From an uncultured Candidatus Saccharibacteria bacterium (GTDB lineage: Bacteria > Patescibacteriota > Minisyncoccia > Phycocordibacterales > UBA9973), in the NCBI GenBank assembly GCA_964646765.1, contig CAZYIA010000001.1:65334-129333 (forward strand): a stretch of DNA of 64,000 nt, read 5' to 3'. Below are positions 35,955 through 45,144 of this stretch, in pieces (the first letter of the stretch is position 1; each line of letters begins with the position of its first letter). The notes beneath the pieces were generated by a model. That model was not told the origin of the DNA and did not search any database. It saw nothing but the letters and a program-made list of their open reading frames with translations. The position numbers were made by a program, and so were the translations under genes.

Positions 35955-36566
35955 TTATTTGGCGTTTCGCCACGGACCCCAAAGGTGAATATTGAAATAG
36001 ATTGCTGTTAGGCGTAATAAAAACGCCGCCAAAAGTATGGCGTAGGTTACTACTCGCATATCTATCCACGGCAAAAAAATTACGTACAAGACGCCAAGAA
36101 AAATAGCTGGAGAAGCATAAAAATCTTGATAGAAAATTTGCGGCGTTTCAGCAATGGCAATATCACGCAGAAGTCCACCACCGATAGCTGTAATAGTGGC
36201 TAAAATAATGATACCGAAAGCCCCAAGGCCGGCATCATGTGCAACGGTTGCTCCTAAGAAAGCAAAAGTTACCAAACCAACGGCATCAACGATGAGAGCG
36301 TATTTATTTATTTTCGAAAACAAAGGGTAGGTGATAACGGAGAGTAGGATGCCAAGGAAAATAGCAATAATATAGTGCATGTCAGTAAAGTAGCTCGGCA
36401 ATTTATTGAGCAAAATTGCTCGCACCGTTCCTCCACCAACCGCGGTAAGAAAACCGGTAATGGCGATACCAAAAATATCGAACTTGCGGCGAATACCAAC
36501 GTAGCTGCCGTAAAAAGCGAATGTCGCTGTTCCAAGGAGATCAAGAATGTAGATCTCAAATCCCAT
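35955..36566 (-). CDS. UPF0126 (TRIC-like / YadS) glycine-rich membrane protein
   Basis: Two copies of the GGGxxRD motif (AVGGGTVRAIL and AIGGGLLRDIA) across 7 TM helices. Start moved to the internal MGFEIYIL. Confidence 0.65.
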   Translation of the reverse strand: MGFEIYILDLLGTATFAFYGSYVGIRRKFDIFGIAITGFLTAVGGGTVRAILLNKLPSYFTDMHYIIAIFLGILLSVITYPLFSKINKYALIVDAVGLVTFAFLGATVAHDAGLGAFGIIILATITAIGGGLLRDIAIAETPQIFYQDFYASPAIFLGVLYVIFLPWIDMRVVTYAILLAAFLLRLTAIYFNIHLWGPWRNAK

Positions 36567-36754
36567 AGGCGGATTGTAGCATGATATTACTGAGTTTTTT
36601 GTAGGAGCTTCCGTGATTCTCTGTCGGTACCCCAAAATGCGTGTATAAAAAAATTGACCTAAACAGCTTATTTCTGTAGGGTGTAGAGAATGCTTAGCTG
36701 TCCCAAGTATAGGAGAGGGAAGAAGTATATATTGCAAATTCACTATGATATACA

Positions 36755-38134
36755 ATGATTCAAAAGAAGAATGTGAAAACGATTCGATTTGGAATCGAAT
36801 TTGAACTTTTCACCCTTGATGAAAAAGGTTACATGATAGACGGTGCCGACCGTTTGATTAAGCGTGTTCGTCGCGAGTTCCCTTTAATTGCAATTAAAGA
36901 GGAGTGTGCAAAAAATATGATTGAGATTGTTACGCCTCCTCATACTGAAGTGCCTGACGCACTTTTACAAGCACTACGTGACTTTCAAAATGTGATTTCA
37001 TGTGCCGCTAAAGAAAAAATAGTTTTGTATGCCTACGGAACTTATCCAGGAGCATTTACTCCTCATTTTCGTACAAAGAAACGATATAAAATCCAAGAAA
37101 AGATTTTTGGTAAACAACGCTTTTCAATTGCTGGAAGATGTGTTGGACTTCATATTCATTATTCTCTCCCATGGGGAGTTTTCGATAGCAGTACAAAAAC
37201 ACTGAAACCACTGGTAAATTCAAAAAACAAGGAAAGTCTCATTAACATGTACAACCTGGCCGTTGCCATGGATCCGGCACTTATTGCGCTTACTCAATCC
37301 TCTCCCTTTTATCAAGGAGAACGAAAAGGGAAGGATGCGAGAGTCCTTATGTACCGAGGGGGAACACTTCTAAGTAGTGAAGATGGGCTGTATGCTAATC
37401 ACCAAGAGTTTGGCGGTTTACCAGGGTATGCTGCAACAAATGCAGATTTACTGCATTTGATCGAAGAACGATCAGAAACTTGGAAAGGGATTTTAAAAGA
37501 TATTGGTGAAGATATAAAAAGCTTTAAGATTCCGGGAACGACACTCTCAACTAATTGGAGTCCCGTGAGAGTGAACCAGCACGGTACGATTGAGCTTCGT
37601 GGTATGGATATGAATCATCCAGATGTTATTGTTGCCGCAGCTGCGCTTATTAAATTCATTTTTAAGGCAATTCAAGAACGGTATTTAGAAGTTGAAGTTA
37701 GTGACACAGCAATTGCTGACCCGTTTCGATTTGATGGAACCATGATTAAAATTCCACCAGCGTCGCATGTTCGAAGCATATTACAGAAAGCAGCCGCATA
37801 TGAAGGATTAGAGAACGAAACTGTTCAAAAATATGCAAATAACCTTATTCGCTTGGCGAAGAATTTTATGCCGGCAGAAAAACTTGTTCTCTTAAAGCCA
37901 TTTGAAGAAATGCTTCGGGAAAAAAAGACTCCTGCCGATCGGATCCTGGGTAAAATTAAAGAATATGGTTGGAAGCCTGATGCTTTGTCTGATCAACAGG
38001 CTGCAGAACTCGCCTCAGATCTTTCAAGTGACTTGTATGAAGAAATAGATATCCTTGAAGAACGACTCGAAGATTTTATTGAAACGAATCAAAATATAGA
38101 ACGGATTCCCGAAAAAATAGTTGAGGCAAAATAG
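36755..38134 (+). CDS. Glutamate-cysteine ligase family 2 (GCS2 / YbdK-type carboxylate-amine ligase)
   Basis: FGIEFELFTLD, IEIVTPPH and GLHIHYSL align to E. coli YbdK motifs (GIELEM, LELATD, GQHVHVG); ~90-aa C-terminal extension. Confidence 0.7.
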   Translation: MIQKKNVKTIRFGIEFELFTLDEKGYMIDGADRLIKRVRREFPLIAIKEECAKNMIEIVTPPHTEVPDALLQALRDFQNVISCAAKEKIVLYAYGTYPGAFTPHFRTKKRYKIQEKIFGKQRFSIAGRCVGLHIHYSLPWGVFDSSTKTLKPLVNSKNKESLINMYNLAVAMDPALIALTQSSPFYQGERKGKDARVLMYRGGTLLSSEDGLYANHQEFGGLPGYAATNADLLHLIEERSETWKGILKDIGEDIKSFKIPGTTLSTNWSPVRVNQHGTIELRGMDMNHPDVIVAAAALIKFIFKAIQERYLEVEVSDTAIADPFRFDGTMIKIPPASHVRSILQKAAAYEGLENETVQKYANNLIRLAKNFMPAEKLVLLKPFEEMLREKKTPADRILGKIKEYGWKPDALSDQQAAELASDLSSDLYEEIDILEERLEDFIETNQNIERIPEKIVEAK

Positions 38135-38207
38135 TGCGCGGTAAGGGATTCGAACCCCTGGCCTACCCCACGTCAAGGGGTCGCTCTACCAACTGAGCTA
38201 ACCGCGC
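38135..38207 (-). tRNA. tRNA-Val (GAC)
   Basis: Reverse complement: acceptor GCGCGGT/ACCGCGC, anticodon loop TTGACGT, T-arm AGGGG-TTCGAAT-CCCTT. Its 3' end abuts the GCS2 stop codon. Confidence 0.8.
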
Positions 38208-38284
38208 AAATGCCGTAAGACTGTAGCAAAAAAGAGCCAGTTTCTCAAGACTTTTTCTTTTTCTAAAACCCTCGTATACTAGCC

Positions 38285-39619
38285 TTGTTTATGGAAACGT
38301 ATGACGTAGCAATTATCGGAGGCGGAGCCAGCGGCACTGCGCTTCTTTATACGCTTTCAAAGTACACCAACATTTCTAAAATGGTGCTTTTAGAAAAATA
38401 TACTGAGGCGGGTCAGGTAAATTCTAATTCAAAAAATAATAGTCAGACGCTTCATGTTGGTGACATTGATACTCACTACTCAATACAAAAAGTAGCCGAA
38501 GTGAAACCGGCGGCCATGATGGTTCCTCACTACGTCAAAAAATTACCTCTTGAAGAACAAAGTCATATTCTCACGAATATGCAGCGTATGGTGCTTGGAG
38601 TTGGAAGTGAAGAAGTAGTAACGCTTGAAAAACGATACACGGATTTATTACCGTATTTCCCTGAGCTGAAAAAATTATCAGGAAAAGAAATTGCCGAAGT
38701 TGAGCCGGAAGTAATGCGTGGCAGAAATCCAGATGAGCCAGTTATTGCTCTTTATAATAAGGAAGGGTATGCCGTTGATTTTGGCGCATTGTCGCGATCA
38801 TTTATTGGTCAACTACAAACAGAGGTAGAAACAAATCGTGTTTCGCTTCGATTTGGCGAGGAGGTACAAGAAATTACTCCAAATCCAGAAAACTATACCC
38901 TTATAACTTCCAAGGATTCAGTGCGCGCAAAAGTAGTTATTGTAGACACTGATGCATACAGTCTGGGTTTTGCAAAGTCGCTTGGTTATGGAAAGGAATT
39001 TTCACTTATTCCTGTTGCTGGATCGTTTTATTTTTCGCGTCAGTTTTTGCGCGGCAAAGTATACTGTGTTCAAGAACCGCGATTACCGTTTTCAGCTGTG
39101 CATGGTGATCCAGACTTAAGTAAAGCTGATAAAACTCGATGGGGTCCCACAGCTCGATTTTTCCCGGTGCTTGAAAGTGGCAAACTTTCAACCACGGCAG
39201 CTTATTTTTCTGCGGCTGGTCTTGGAAAACTTAAAACCTGGGAAAGTTTTTTCTCCATTTTGCTTGAACCAATTCGTGCCGTGTACCTGTTTAAAAATCT
39301 TTGTTACGAAATTCCATGGCTTGGTAAACGGATGTTTGTAAAATATGTTCAGAAAATTGTGCCATCTATTCGTCCGGAGGACTTAGAAAAAGCGTATGGA
39401 TATGGTGGTATGCGACTTCAGCGCGTAAACACTAATACGAAAGAACTTCTTTTAGGAGAAGGGAAGATTGTAGGGAAAAATATTATCTTTAATATGACGC
39501 CATCACCGGGAGCAAGCGTCTGTCTCTATAATGCGATGCGTGATGCTGAGCAAGTAGTACAATTTCTATCGCAATTCTCCTTCAATAAAGAGCAGATGAA
39601 AAAGGATCTGTATTCCTAG
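38285..39619 (+). CDS. FAD-dependent oxidoreductase, malate:quinone oxidoreductase (Mqo/LhgO) family
   Basis: YDVAIIGGGASGTALL dinucleotide fold and the NSNSKNNSQTLHVGD segment match the Mqo pattern (ESSNAWNNAGTGH); 444 aa. Confidence 0.55.
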   Translation: MFMETYDVAIIGGGASGTALLYTLSKYTNISKMVLLEKYTEAGQVNSNSKNNSQTLHVGDIDTHYSIQKVAEVKPAAMMVPHYVKKLPLEEQSHILTNMQRMVLGVGSEEVVTLEKRYTDLLPYFPELKKLSGKEIAEVEPEVMRGRNPDEPVIALYNKEGYAVDFGALSRSFIGQLQTEVETNRVSLRFGEEVQEITPNPENYTLITSKDSVRAKVVIVDTDAYSLGFAKSLGYGKEFSLIPVAGSFYFSRQFLRGKVYCVQEPRLPFSAVHGDPDLSKADKTRWGPTARFFPVLESGKLSTTAAYFSAAGLGKLKTWESFFSILLEPIRAVYLFKNLCYEIPWLGKRMFVKYVQKIVPSIRPEDLEKAYGYGGMRLQRVNTNTKELLLGEGKIVGKNIIFNMTPSPGASVCLYNAMRDAEQVVQFLSQFSFNKEQMKKDLYS

Positions 39620-39638
39620 AACGTTACCAAACGAAACA

Positions 39639-40337
39639 CTATACTTTCTTTGGTTGGTGGGAAATAAATTTTCCTGAACACGTAAAAGCGGATAAGATAC
39701 CAATAAAGGCACCAGCAACAAACCAAAAAATAAGTTCTTCAATTGGAATACCAGTTAGCAACTTTCCGGACAAAAATTTGAAATCATAAGTAGCCATAAC
39801 CCAGCCAGGTACGGTGATTATCGTTATCCAGTATACGGGAAGAATACATAGAGCAGTCAGTATTCCTGACCATATACTTGGCATAATCAAATCTCTACGC
39901 TTTATCCACATATAACTTAGTGTAAGTATCATAACAAGAGTAAATGCGGTAAATGATGTGAGCCCAACGAAACGAATCATTATATGGATACTTACTAATA
40001 TAACTACAGAGAAAAGAATTCTAGTCTGGATAGAGTTCTTTGGTTGGTCAAAAGTCAGTTCTTTATTGAAGAATACTTGGTATATGGCCATCATTACACC
40101 TCCAGCGCCAAAGCCAGTAAAAAAATCTTCAATGCCAATTTGTGTTCCGGTAATTGTGAGTGGGTGCCACCAATCTACCGTCCACCAGAGATGAGCTGTT
40201 GTTAACGATAAAAGGCCGTAGAGGATTCCAATTTGGCACATTGATTTTCTAAGGTCTTTTCTAAAAAGGAAAATGGCTGTCCAAAAAATCATTCCAACAA
40301 GAACGAGAATGGCATAACCAAATTTTAGAGCAAACAT
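39639..40337 (-). CDS. Hypothetical polytopic membrane protein
   Basis: 6-7 TM helices, no known motif. The ORF-track start at 40526 would overlap tRNA-Ser, so the start was moved to the internal MFALKFGY. Confidence 0.4.
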   Translation of the reverse strand: MFALKFGYAILVLVGMIFWTAIFLFRKDLRKSMCQIGILYGLLSLTTAHLWWTVDWWHPLTITGTQIGIEDFFTGFGAGGVMMAIYQVFFNKELTFDQPKNSIQTRILFSVVILVSIHIMIRFVGLTSFTAFTLVMILTLSYMWIKRRDLIMPSIWSGILTALCILPVYWITIITVPGWVMATYDFKFLSGKLLTGIPIEELIFWFVAGAFIGILSAFTCSGKFISHQPKKV

Positions 40338-40380
40338 ATATACTTTATATTCTACCGGAATTAAAGTATTGGTAAACCTG

Positions 40381-40466
40381 CGGAGGAGGGGAGATTCGAA
40401 CTCCCGATACCTTTTGGATATGACGGTTTTCGAAACCGTTCGTTTCAACCACTCACGCACTCCTCC
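40381..40466 (-). tRNA. tRNA-Ser (CGA)
   Basis: Reverse complement: acceptor GGAGGAG/CTCCTCC, anticodon loop TTCGAAA, a long variable arm and T-arm GGGAG-TTCGAAT-CTCCC; 86 nt. Confidence 0.85.
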
Positions 40467-40596
40467 GTATATTTCAAACGGGGGTTGTAGCGAACTCCTC
40501 CGTTTCGAACCACGAGATACTACCACGCAAACCCTTAAATTTAAAGGCTAAAAGTTTTCAACGTTGGAATTTTCCCAAACTTGCTATACTACTTCC

Positions 40597-41625
40597 ATGA
40601 AAAAAACAGCGATGTTGCTACTTGCCTTTTGCAGTCCGCTTTTGGCCAGTGCCCATGTTGGTTATGTTATTCCGCATGATGAAATCGTAACTCACGAAGG
40701 GTTGGATTTTGGTTTCCTTTTGTCAGTATTCAAGAATCCCAGCTACATCGCTCTTATGGTTGGTACTCTTGTTATTCTCGTCCTCCTAGTTATCTTTATT
40801 CCTAAAATACCTGCGGTGAAAAAATGGTTTAAAGAGATAGAAGAGCGCATGCATTCCTACGGTGACTTTTTGCCATGGATGGCCCGACTCTCCCTTGGTA
40901 TCGCTTTAATTGGCGCAGGTGGCGCACATGTTCTTGTTTCGCCTCTTACCCCGGCAACAGAAGGTTTAGCTTTCTTTGAGCTCATTTTAGGCTTTTTATG
41001 GCTTGCAGGATTTTTACTTATCCCGACAGCCCTTGCCACAATTGTCATGTATTTTGTTGCTCTGACTAGAGAAACATATATTTTAGGTAATCTCGATTTT
41101 CTTGCTCTCGCCGTTTCATTTCTTGCACTTCATGGTGAGCGACCAGGTATTGATGATATTTTTGGTCTGAAAATACTCTATGGATTTCGTTTACCAAGAA
41201 ATCTTGCACCTCTCATTCTTCGTATGGGGATTGGAATTGGAATGGCCTATCTTGCACTGCATGAGAAAATTCTTAACCCACACCTCTCTGAATTGGTGGT
41301 GAGCCAGTTTCATCTAACGAGTGCAGTGCCAGTATCACCAGCGATGTGGGTTTTCTCTGCAGGAATGATTGAACTTGCTGTCGCTCTCTGTATCTTAGTC
41401 GGCTTCTATACTCGACTTACTTCTATTATTGCTTTTGCAGTTTTGGTAACCACCTTTTTCTTCTTTCAAGAAGCAGTGTATTCGCACGTTACTCTCTTTG
41501 GGTTACTCTCAATCCTTTTTGTAACGGGAGGAGGCGAAATATGGTCACTTGATGCGTTTCGATCCATTCATCGGAAACGAAAGGAGGATCAAAAAACCTA
41601 CCCAGCGATGATGGCGGGAAAATAA
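40597..41625 (+). CDS. Hypothetical membrane protein (DoxX-like?) with an N-terminal signal peptide
   Basis: Signal-like MKKTAMLLLAF followed by ~8 TM helices. Start ambiguous between TTG 40564 and ATG 40597. Confidence 0.35.
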   Translation: MKKTAMLLLAFCSPLLASAHVGYVIPHDEIVTHEGLDFGFLLSVFKNPSYIALMVGTLVILVLLVIFIPKIPAVKKWFKEIEERMHSYGDFLPWMARLSLGIALIGAGGAHVLVSPLTPATEGLAFFELILGFLWLAGFLLIPTALATIVMYFVALTRETYILGNLDFLALAVSFLALHGERPGIDDIFGLKILYGFRLPRNLAPLILRMGIGIGMAYLALHEKILNPHLSELVVSQFHLTSAVPVSPAMWVFSAGMIELAVALCILVGFYTRLTSIIAFAVLVTTFFFFQEAVYSHVTLFGLLSILFVTGGGEIWSLDAFRSIHRKRKEDQKTYPAMMAGK

Positions 41626-41627
41626 TC

Positions 41628-43238
41628 ATGCAAGAATTTGGCACGAAACCAGAAAATGCAGATATTTCACTTTTAGGGTTTCGCGCGGCACAAGCGGTGT
41701 ATTGGAATCTGTCTCCAAAGGAGCTTATTGAAAAAACTATTTCGGGAGGCTTGGGAAGTCTTGCCGATACCGGAGCCCTGGCTGTTTCAACTGGGGCATT
41801 TACAGGACGTTCACCGAAAGATCGTTTTATTGTATGCGATGAAGAAACAGAAAGCTCAGTATACTGGGGCGAAATCAATCAAAAATTTTTTCCGGAAAAG
41901 TTTGATGCGCTGTATTCCAAAGTCGTTGCGTACCTCTCCCAAAAAGATCTTTATGTACGTGACGCAGCTGCCTGTGCGGATCCAGCGTACCGCACTACAC
42001 TTCGCGTCATTACTGAACTCGCTTGGCATAATTTATTTGCTTATGATTTATTTCTCCGTCCTGAAGAGAAAGAAATTGCTGCACTTGGTGCGCCAGATTG
42101 GACTATTGTATCAGCGCCAGGTTTTATGGCAGATCCGGCACAAGATGGCACGCGACAGGGAAATTTTACTATCCTGAATTTTTCTAAGCGCATTATTTTA
42201 ATTGGCGGCTCCGCCTATGCTGGCGAAATGAAGAAAGCGGTTTTTTCAGCACTCAACTATTTGTTGCCCAAAAATCGCAAAACACTTTCAATGCACTGCT
42301 CAGCCAATGTGGGCGAGGCAGGGGATACGGCAATTTTCTTTGGCCTTTCAGGTACCGGAAAAACAACTCTTTCGGCTGATCCTGATCGTAAACTGATTGG
42401 TGATGATGAGCACGGTTGGTCAGAAAATTCCGTTTTTAACTTTGAAGGTGGCTGCTACGCAAAGTGTGTAAATCTCTCGCAAGAAAAGGAGCCACAAATC
42501 TGGAACGCCATTTCCAACGGTGCTGTGCTTGAGAACGTAGAATTTTTCCCGGGAACGAATACTGTTAATTACAAAAATATTTCAAAAACTGAAAATACTC
42601 GCGCAGCATATACGATTGATGTTGTTCCGAATTCACTCAAGCCTTCCTTAGGCAGTGTTCCCAAAAATATTTTCTTTCTTACTTGTGATGCGTATGGGGT
42701 GTTACCGCCAGTAGCTAAATTAAACAAAAACCAAGCATTGTATTATTTTCTTTCTGGATATACTGCAAAAGTTGCTGGTACTGAAGTAGGAGTAACTGAA
42801 CCGCAAGCAACGTTTTCGGCGTGTTTTGGTAAGGCCTTTTTACCACTAGATCCAACGGTGTACGCTAAGCTCTTAGGTAAAAAACTTGATGCTAATCCGG
42901 ATATTTCGGTTTGGCTTATTAATACTGGCTGGACTGGGGGATCGTATGGTGAAGGTGCTCGTATGCCACTTCCTAACACTCGCAGTATTTTATCAGCTGC
43001 TCTTTCTGGTTCGCTTAAAGATAGTGAATATGAAACAATGCCATTCTTTAATTTACAAATTCCTAAGACAGCCCCATTAGTTGATAGTAAGTTATTGAAT
43101 CCTCGAAATACTTGGAAAGATCAAGTAGCCTACGACAAAAAAGCTAAAATGCTCGCGTCACTCTTCGTGCGAAATTTTGAACAATACACAACCGCTCCGG
43201 AAGAAATTCGTAAGGCCGGACCGTCTGTAGTAGAGTAG
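41628..43238 (+). CDS. pckA: Phosphoenolpyruvate carboxykinase (ATP)
   Basis: GLSGTGKTTLS kinase-1a motif, FNFEGGCYAKC and overall PEPCK-ATP layout. Confidence 0.9.
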   Translation: MQEFGTKPENADISLLGFRAAQAVYWNLSPKELIEKTISGGLGSLADTGALAVSTGAFTGRSPKDRFIVCDEETESSVYWGEINQKFFPEKFDALYSKVVAYLSQKDLYVRDAAACADPAYRTTLRVITELAWHNLFAYDLFLRPEEKEIAALGAPDWTIVSAPGFMADPAQDGTRQGNFTILNFSKRIILIGGSAYAGEMKKAVFSALNYLLPKNRKTLSMHCSANVGEAGDTAIFFGLSGTGKTTLSADPDRKLIGDDEHGWSENSVFNFEGGCYAKCVNLSQEKEPQIWNAISNGAVLENVEFFPGTNTVNYKNISKTENTRAAYTIDVVPNSLKPSLGSVPKNIFFLTCDAYGVLPPVAKLNKNQALYYFLSGYTAKVAGTEVGVTEPQATFSACFGKAFLPLDPTVYAKLLGKKLDANPDISVWLINTGWTGGSYGEGARMPLPNTRSILSAALSGSLKDSEYETMPFFNLQIPKTAPLVDSKLLNPRNTWKDQVAYDKKAKMLASLFVRNFEQYTTAPEEIRKAGPSVVE

Positions 43239-43244
43239 GTTTAT

Positions 43245-44405
43245 ATGAAAGATTTTTACGTTCTCGAAGTTCCACCGTCAGAAACACTCGCCATTAACGC
43301 GCTCGCTCAAGCAAAAAAGAAAGCAGGCGAGACGGTATATAATCTTTCAGCTGGTGAACCGATGATTCCAGCACCAAAAGAGGTTTTGAAAGCTGCTGAA
43401 AAAGCCCTAAAAGAAAACAAAACTCACTATCCACCAGCGGCTGGTCTCCCTGAACTTCGTGCCAGCGCAGCAAAATGGATGAATGATCGCTATGGCTCTA
43501 CCTATACTTCTGAAGAGACTGCTGTCGTAAGTGGCGGAAAGCTTGGTTTATACCTGCTTTTTCAGGCGCTTTTAAAGCCAGGAGATGAGCTCTTAGTTAT
43601 TGCACCGTATTGGGTGTCATACCCAAACATCGCTAAATTTTTTGGTGGTGTCTCAAAGTTCATCAAAACCGATCCAAAGAAAAACTGGAAAGTAACGCCA
43701 GCTGATATTGAAAAAGCCGCGGGATCGAAAACAAAATTACTTATTTTAAATAACGGCGGCAATCCAACTGGGACACTCTATTCAAAAAAAGAAATCAAAG
43801 CCATTCTTGAAGTAGCAGCAAAAAAGAATGTATTAGTTATTTCTGATGAAGTGTACAGTACACTCATCTATGATAAGGGCCACTTTGTTTCGTGTACTGA
43901 GTTTCCCGAATATAAAGATACACTTATCGTAGTAGAAAGCTGTTCAAAAAGTTTTACCGTCACCGGTTTCCGCGTTGGTTTTGTTTTTGCACCAAAGAAG
44001 GTGATTACCGCGCTCTCAGGACTTTTGAGTCAGAGCACCAGCGGTGTGACAACTATTTCGCAGTATGCAGCTCTTGGTGGTTTGGCGAAAGTAAAAACTA
44101 TTGCACCGAAAATTGCTAAAATCATGCAAAAGCGCCGCGATGCTTTAGTAAATGAATTCAATAAAGTATTTAACATTAAACTGCCGATGCCTGAGTCCGG
44201 CCTGTATGCATTTGTGCCGCTCAAGGAATTAGGCTGGAAGGGAAGTTCGGGAGAATTTTGCGAACGAGCCATTAAAGAGGCTAATGTGGCTTCAGTGCCG
44301 GGAGCTGCTTTTGGCGAAGAGGGCTACGCACGTTTCTCTTTTGGCGAAGAAGAAAAAATGCTCAAAGCTGGAGTACGAGCACTGAAGCAATGGCTTGAAA
44401 AATAG
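43245..44405 (+). CDS. Class I/II pyridoxal-phosphate-dependent aminotransferase (aspartate aminotransferase-like)
   Basis: SCSKSFTVTGFRVGF (PLP-lysine region), NNGGNPTG, and the typical fold length. Confidence 0.8.
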   Translation: MKDFYVLEVPPSETLAINALAQAKKKAGETVYNLSAGEPMIPAPKEVLKAAEKALKENKTHYPPAAGLPELRASAAKWMNDRYGSTYTSEETAVVSGGKLGLYLLFQALLKPGDELLVIAPYWVSYPNIAKFFGGVSKFIKTDPKKNWKVTPADIEKAAGSKTKLLILNNGGNPTGTLYSKKEIKAILEVAAKKNVLVISDEVYSTLIYDKGHFVSCTEFPEYKDTLIVVESCSKSFTVTGFRVGFVFAPKKVITALSGLLSQSTSGVTTISQYAALGGLAKVKTIAPKIAKIMQKRRDALVNEFNKVFNIKLPMPESGLYAFVPLKELGWKGSSGEFCERAIKEANVASVPGAAFGEEGYARFSFGEEEKMLKAGVRALKQWLEK

Positions 44406-44438
44406 CCTTATTTCTGCTATCTTTCTTTGGTACTAACT

Positions 44439-44510
44439 GGCCCTATCGTCTAACGGTTAGGACACGGGCTTTTCAAGCCTGTAATCCGGGTTCGATTCCC
44501 GGTAGGGTCA
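44439..44510 (+). tRNA. tRNA-Glu (TTC)
   Basis: Acceptor GGCCCTA/TAGGGTC (one G.U), 3-bp D stem, anticodon loop TTTTCAA, T-arm CCGGG-TTCGATT-CCCGG. Confidence 0.8.
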
Positions 44511-44660
44511 CAAAACGCGGAAAGCAGGCAAACTGCTTTGCCTGCAGGCGTTTTGTGAAGCCGCAGCCATAGTCGCAAAGCGACAGGCGAGGCGGGGTCG
44601 CGAGTACTTAGTAGAATTTGAGCGAAGCGAAAAATTATACTTAGTAACTTATGACCACAC

Positions 44661-45137
44661 GTGACTCACTCACTTATGGAATATCAACTTCCCGGAGAAT
44701 CTCCGCTCACCATTAACACCATCATTCTTGATTTAAATGGTTCACTTTCGGTTGCCGGGGCAATTCCAGAAGGCGTTCTTTCGCGATTAGAACAACTTCA
44801 AGATAAGGGTTTTAAATTAGTATTATTTACAGGAAATACACGAGGTGATGCCGACATGATTGCTGGTAATCTTGGTATTCCGTGGAAATTAGCCAAAGAC
44901 GGCGAAGATAAAAAGCGACTTGCAGAAGAACTGGATCCAAAAACTTGCGCTGCTATCGGCAATGGCCGCATTGATTTAGAGCTCATGAAAACGGTACAAT
45001 TAGGGGTAGTAACGTTACAAGCAGAAGGAGTATATACCGATACGTTACTTGCAGCGAAAATAGTTGTTCCAGCAATTGTTGATGCTCTTGATTTGTTTTT
45101 AGAACCCGAACGTCTTATAGCTACTCTAAGAAAATAA
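44661..45137 (+). CDS. HAD-like hydrolase family protein (degenerate motif I)
   Basis: IILDLNGSL (DxDxT-like, with the second Asp replaced by Asn) and AAIGNGRIDLELM (motif IV-like); 158 aa. Confidence 0.45.
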   Translation: MTHSLMEYQLPGESPLTINTIILDLNGSLSVAGAIPEGVLSRLEQLQDKGFKLVLFTGNTRGDADMIAGNLGIPWKLAKDGEDKKRLAEELDPKTCAAIGNGRIDLELMKTVQLGVVTLQAEGVYTDTLLAAKIVVPAIVDALDLFLEPERLIATLRK

Positions 45138-45144
45138 AAACCTT

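Noticed and set aside
40470-40550. Second tRNA next to tRNA-Ser
   Set aside because: It shares a 10-mer and a TTCGAA element with tRNA-Ser, but no cloverleaf can be drawn (no D-arm, no paired acceptor).
44511-44650. GC-rich structured element as SRP RNA, tmRNA or RNase P RNA
   Set aside because: Too short for RNase P or tmRNA, and it lacks the SRP domain IV consensus (AGGUCAGG...GGAAGCAGCC). It is kept only as an unclassified candidate ncRNA.
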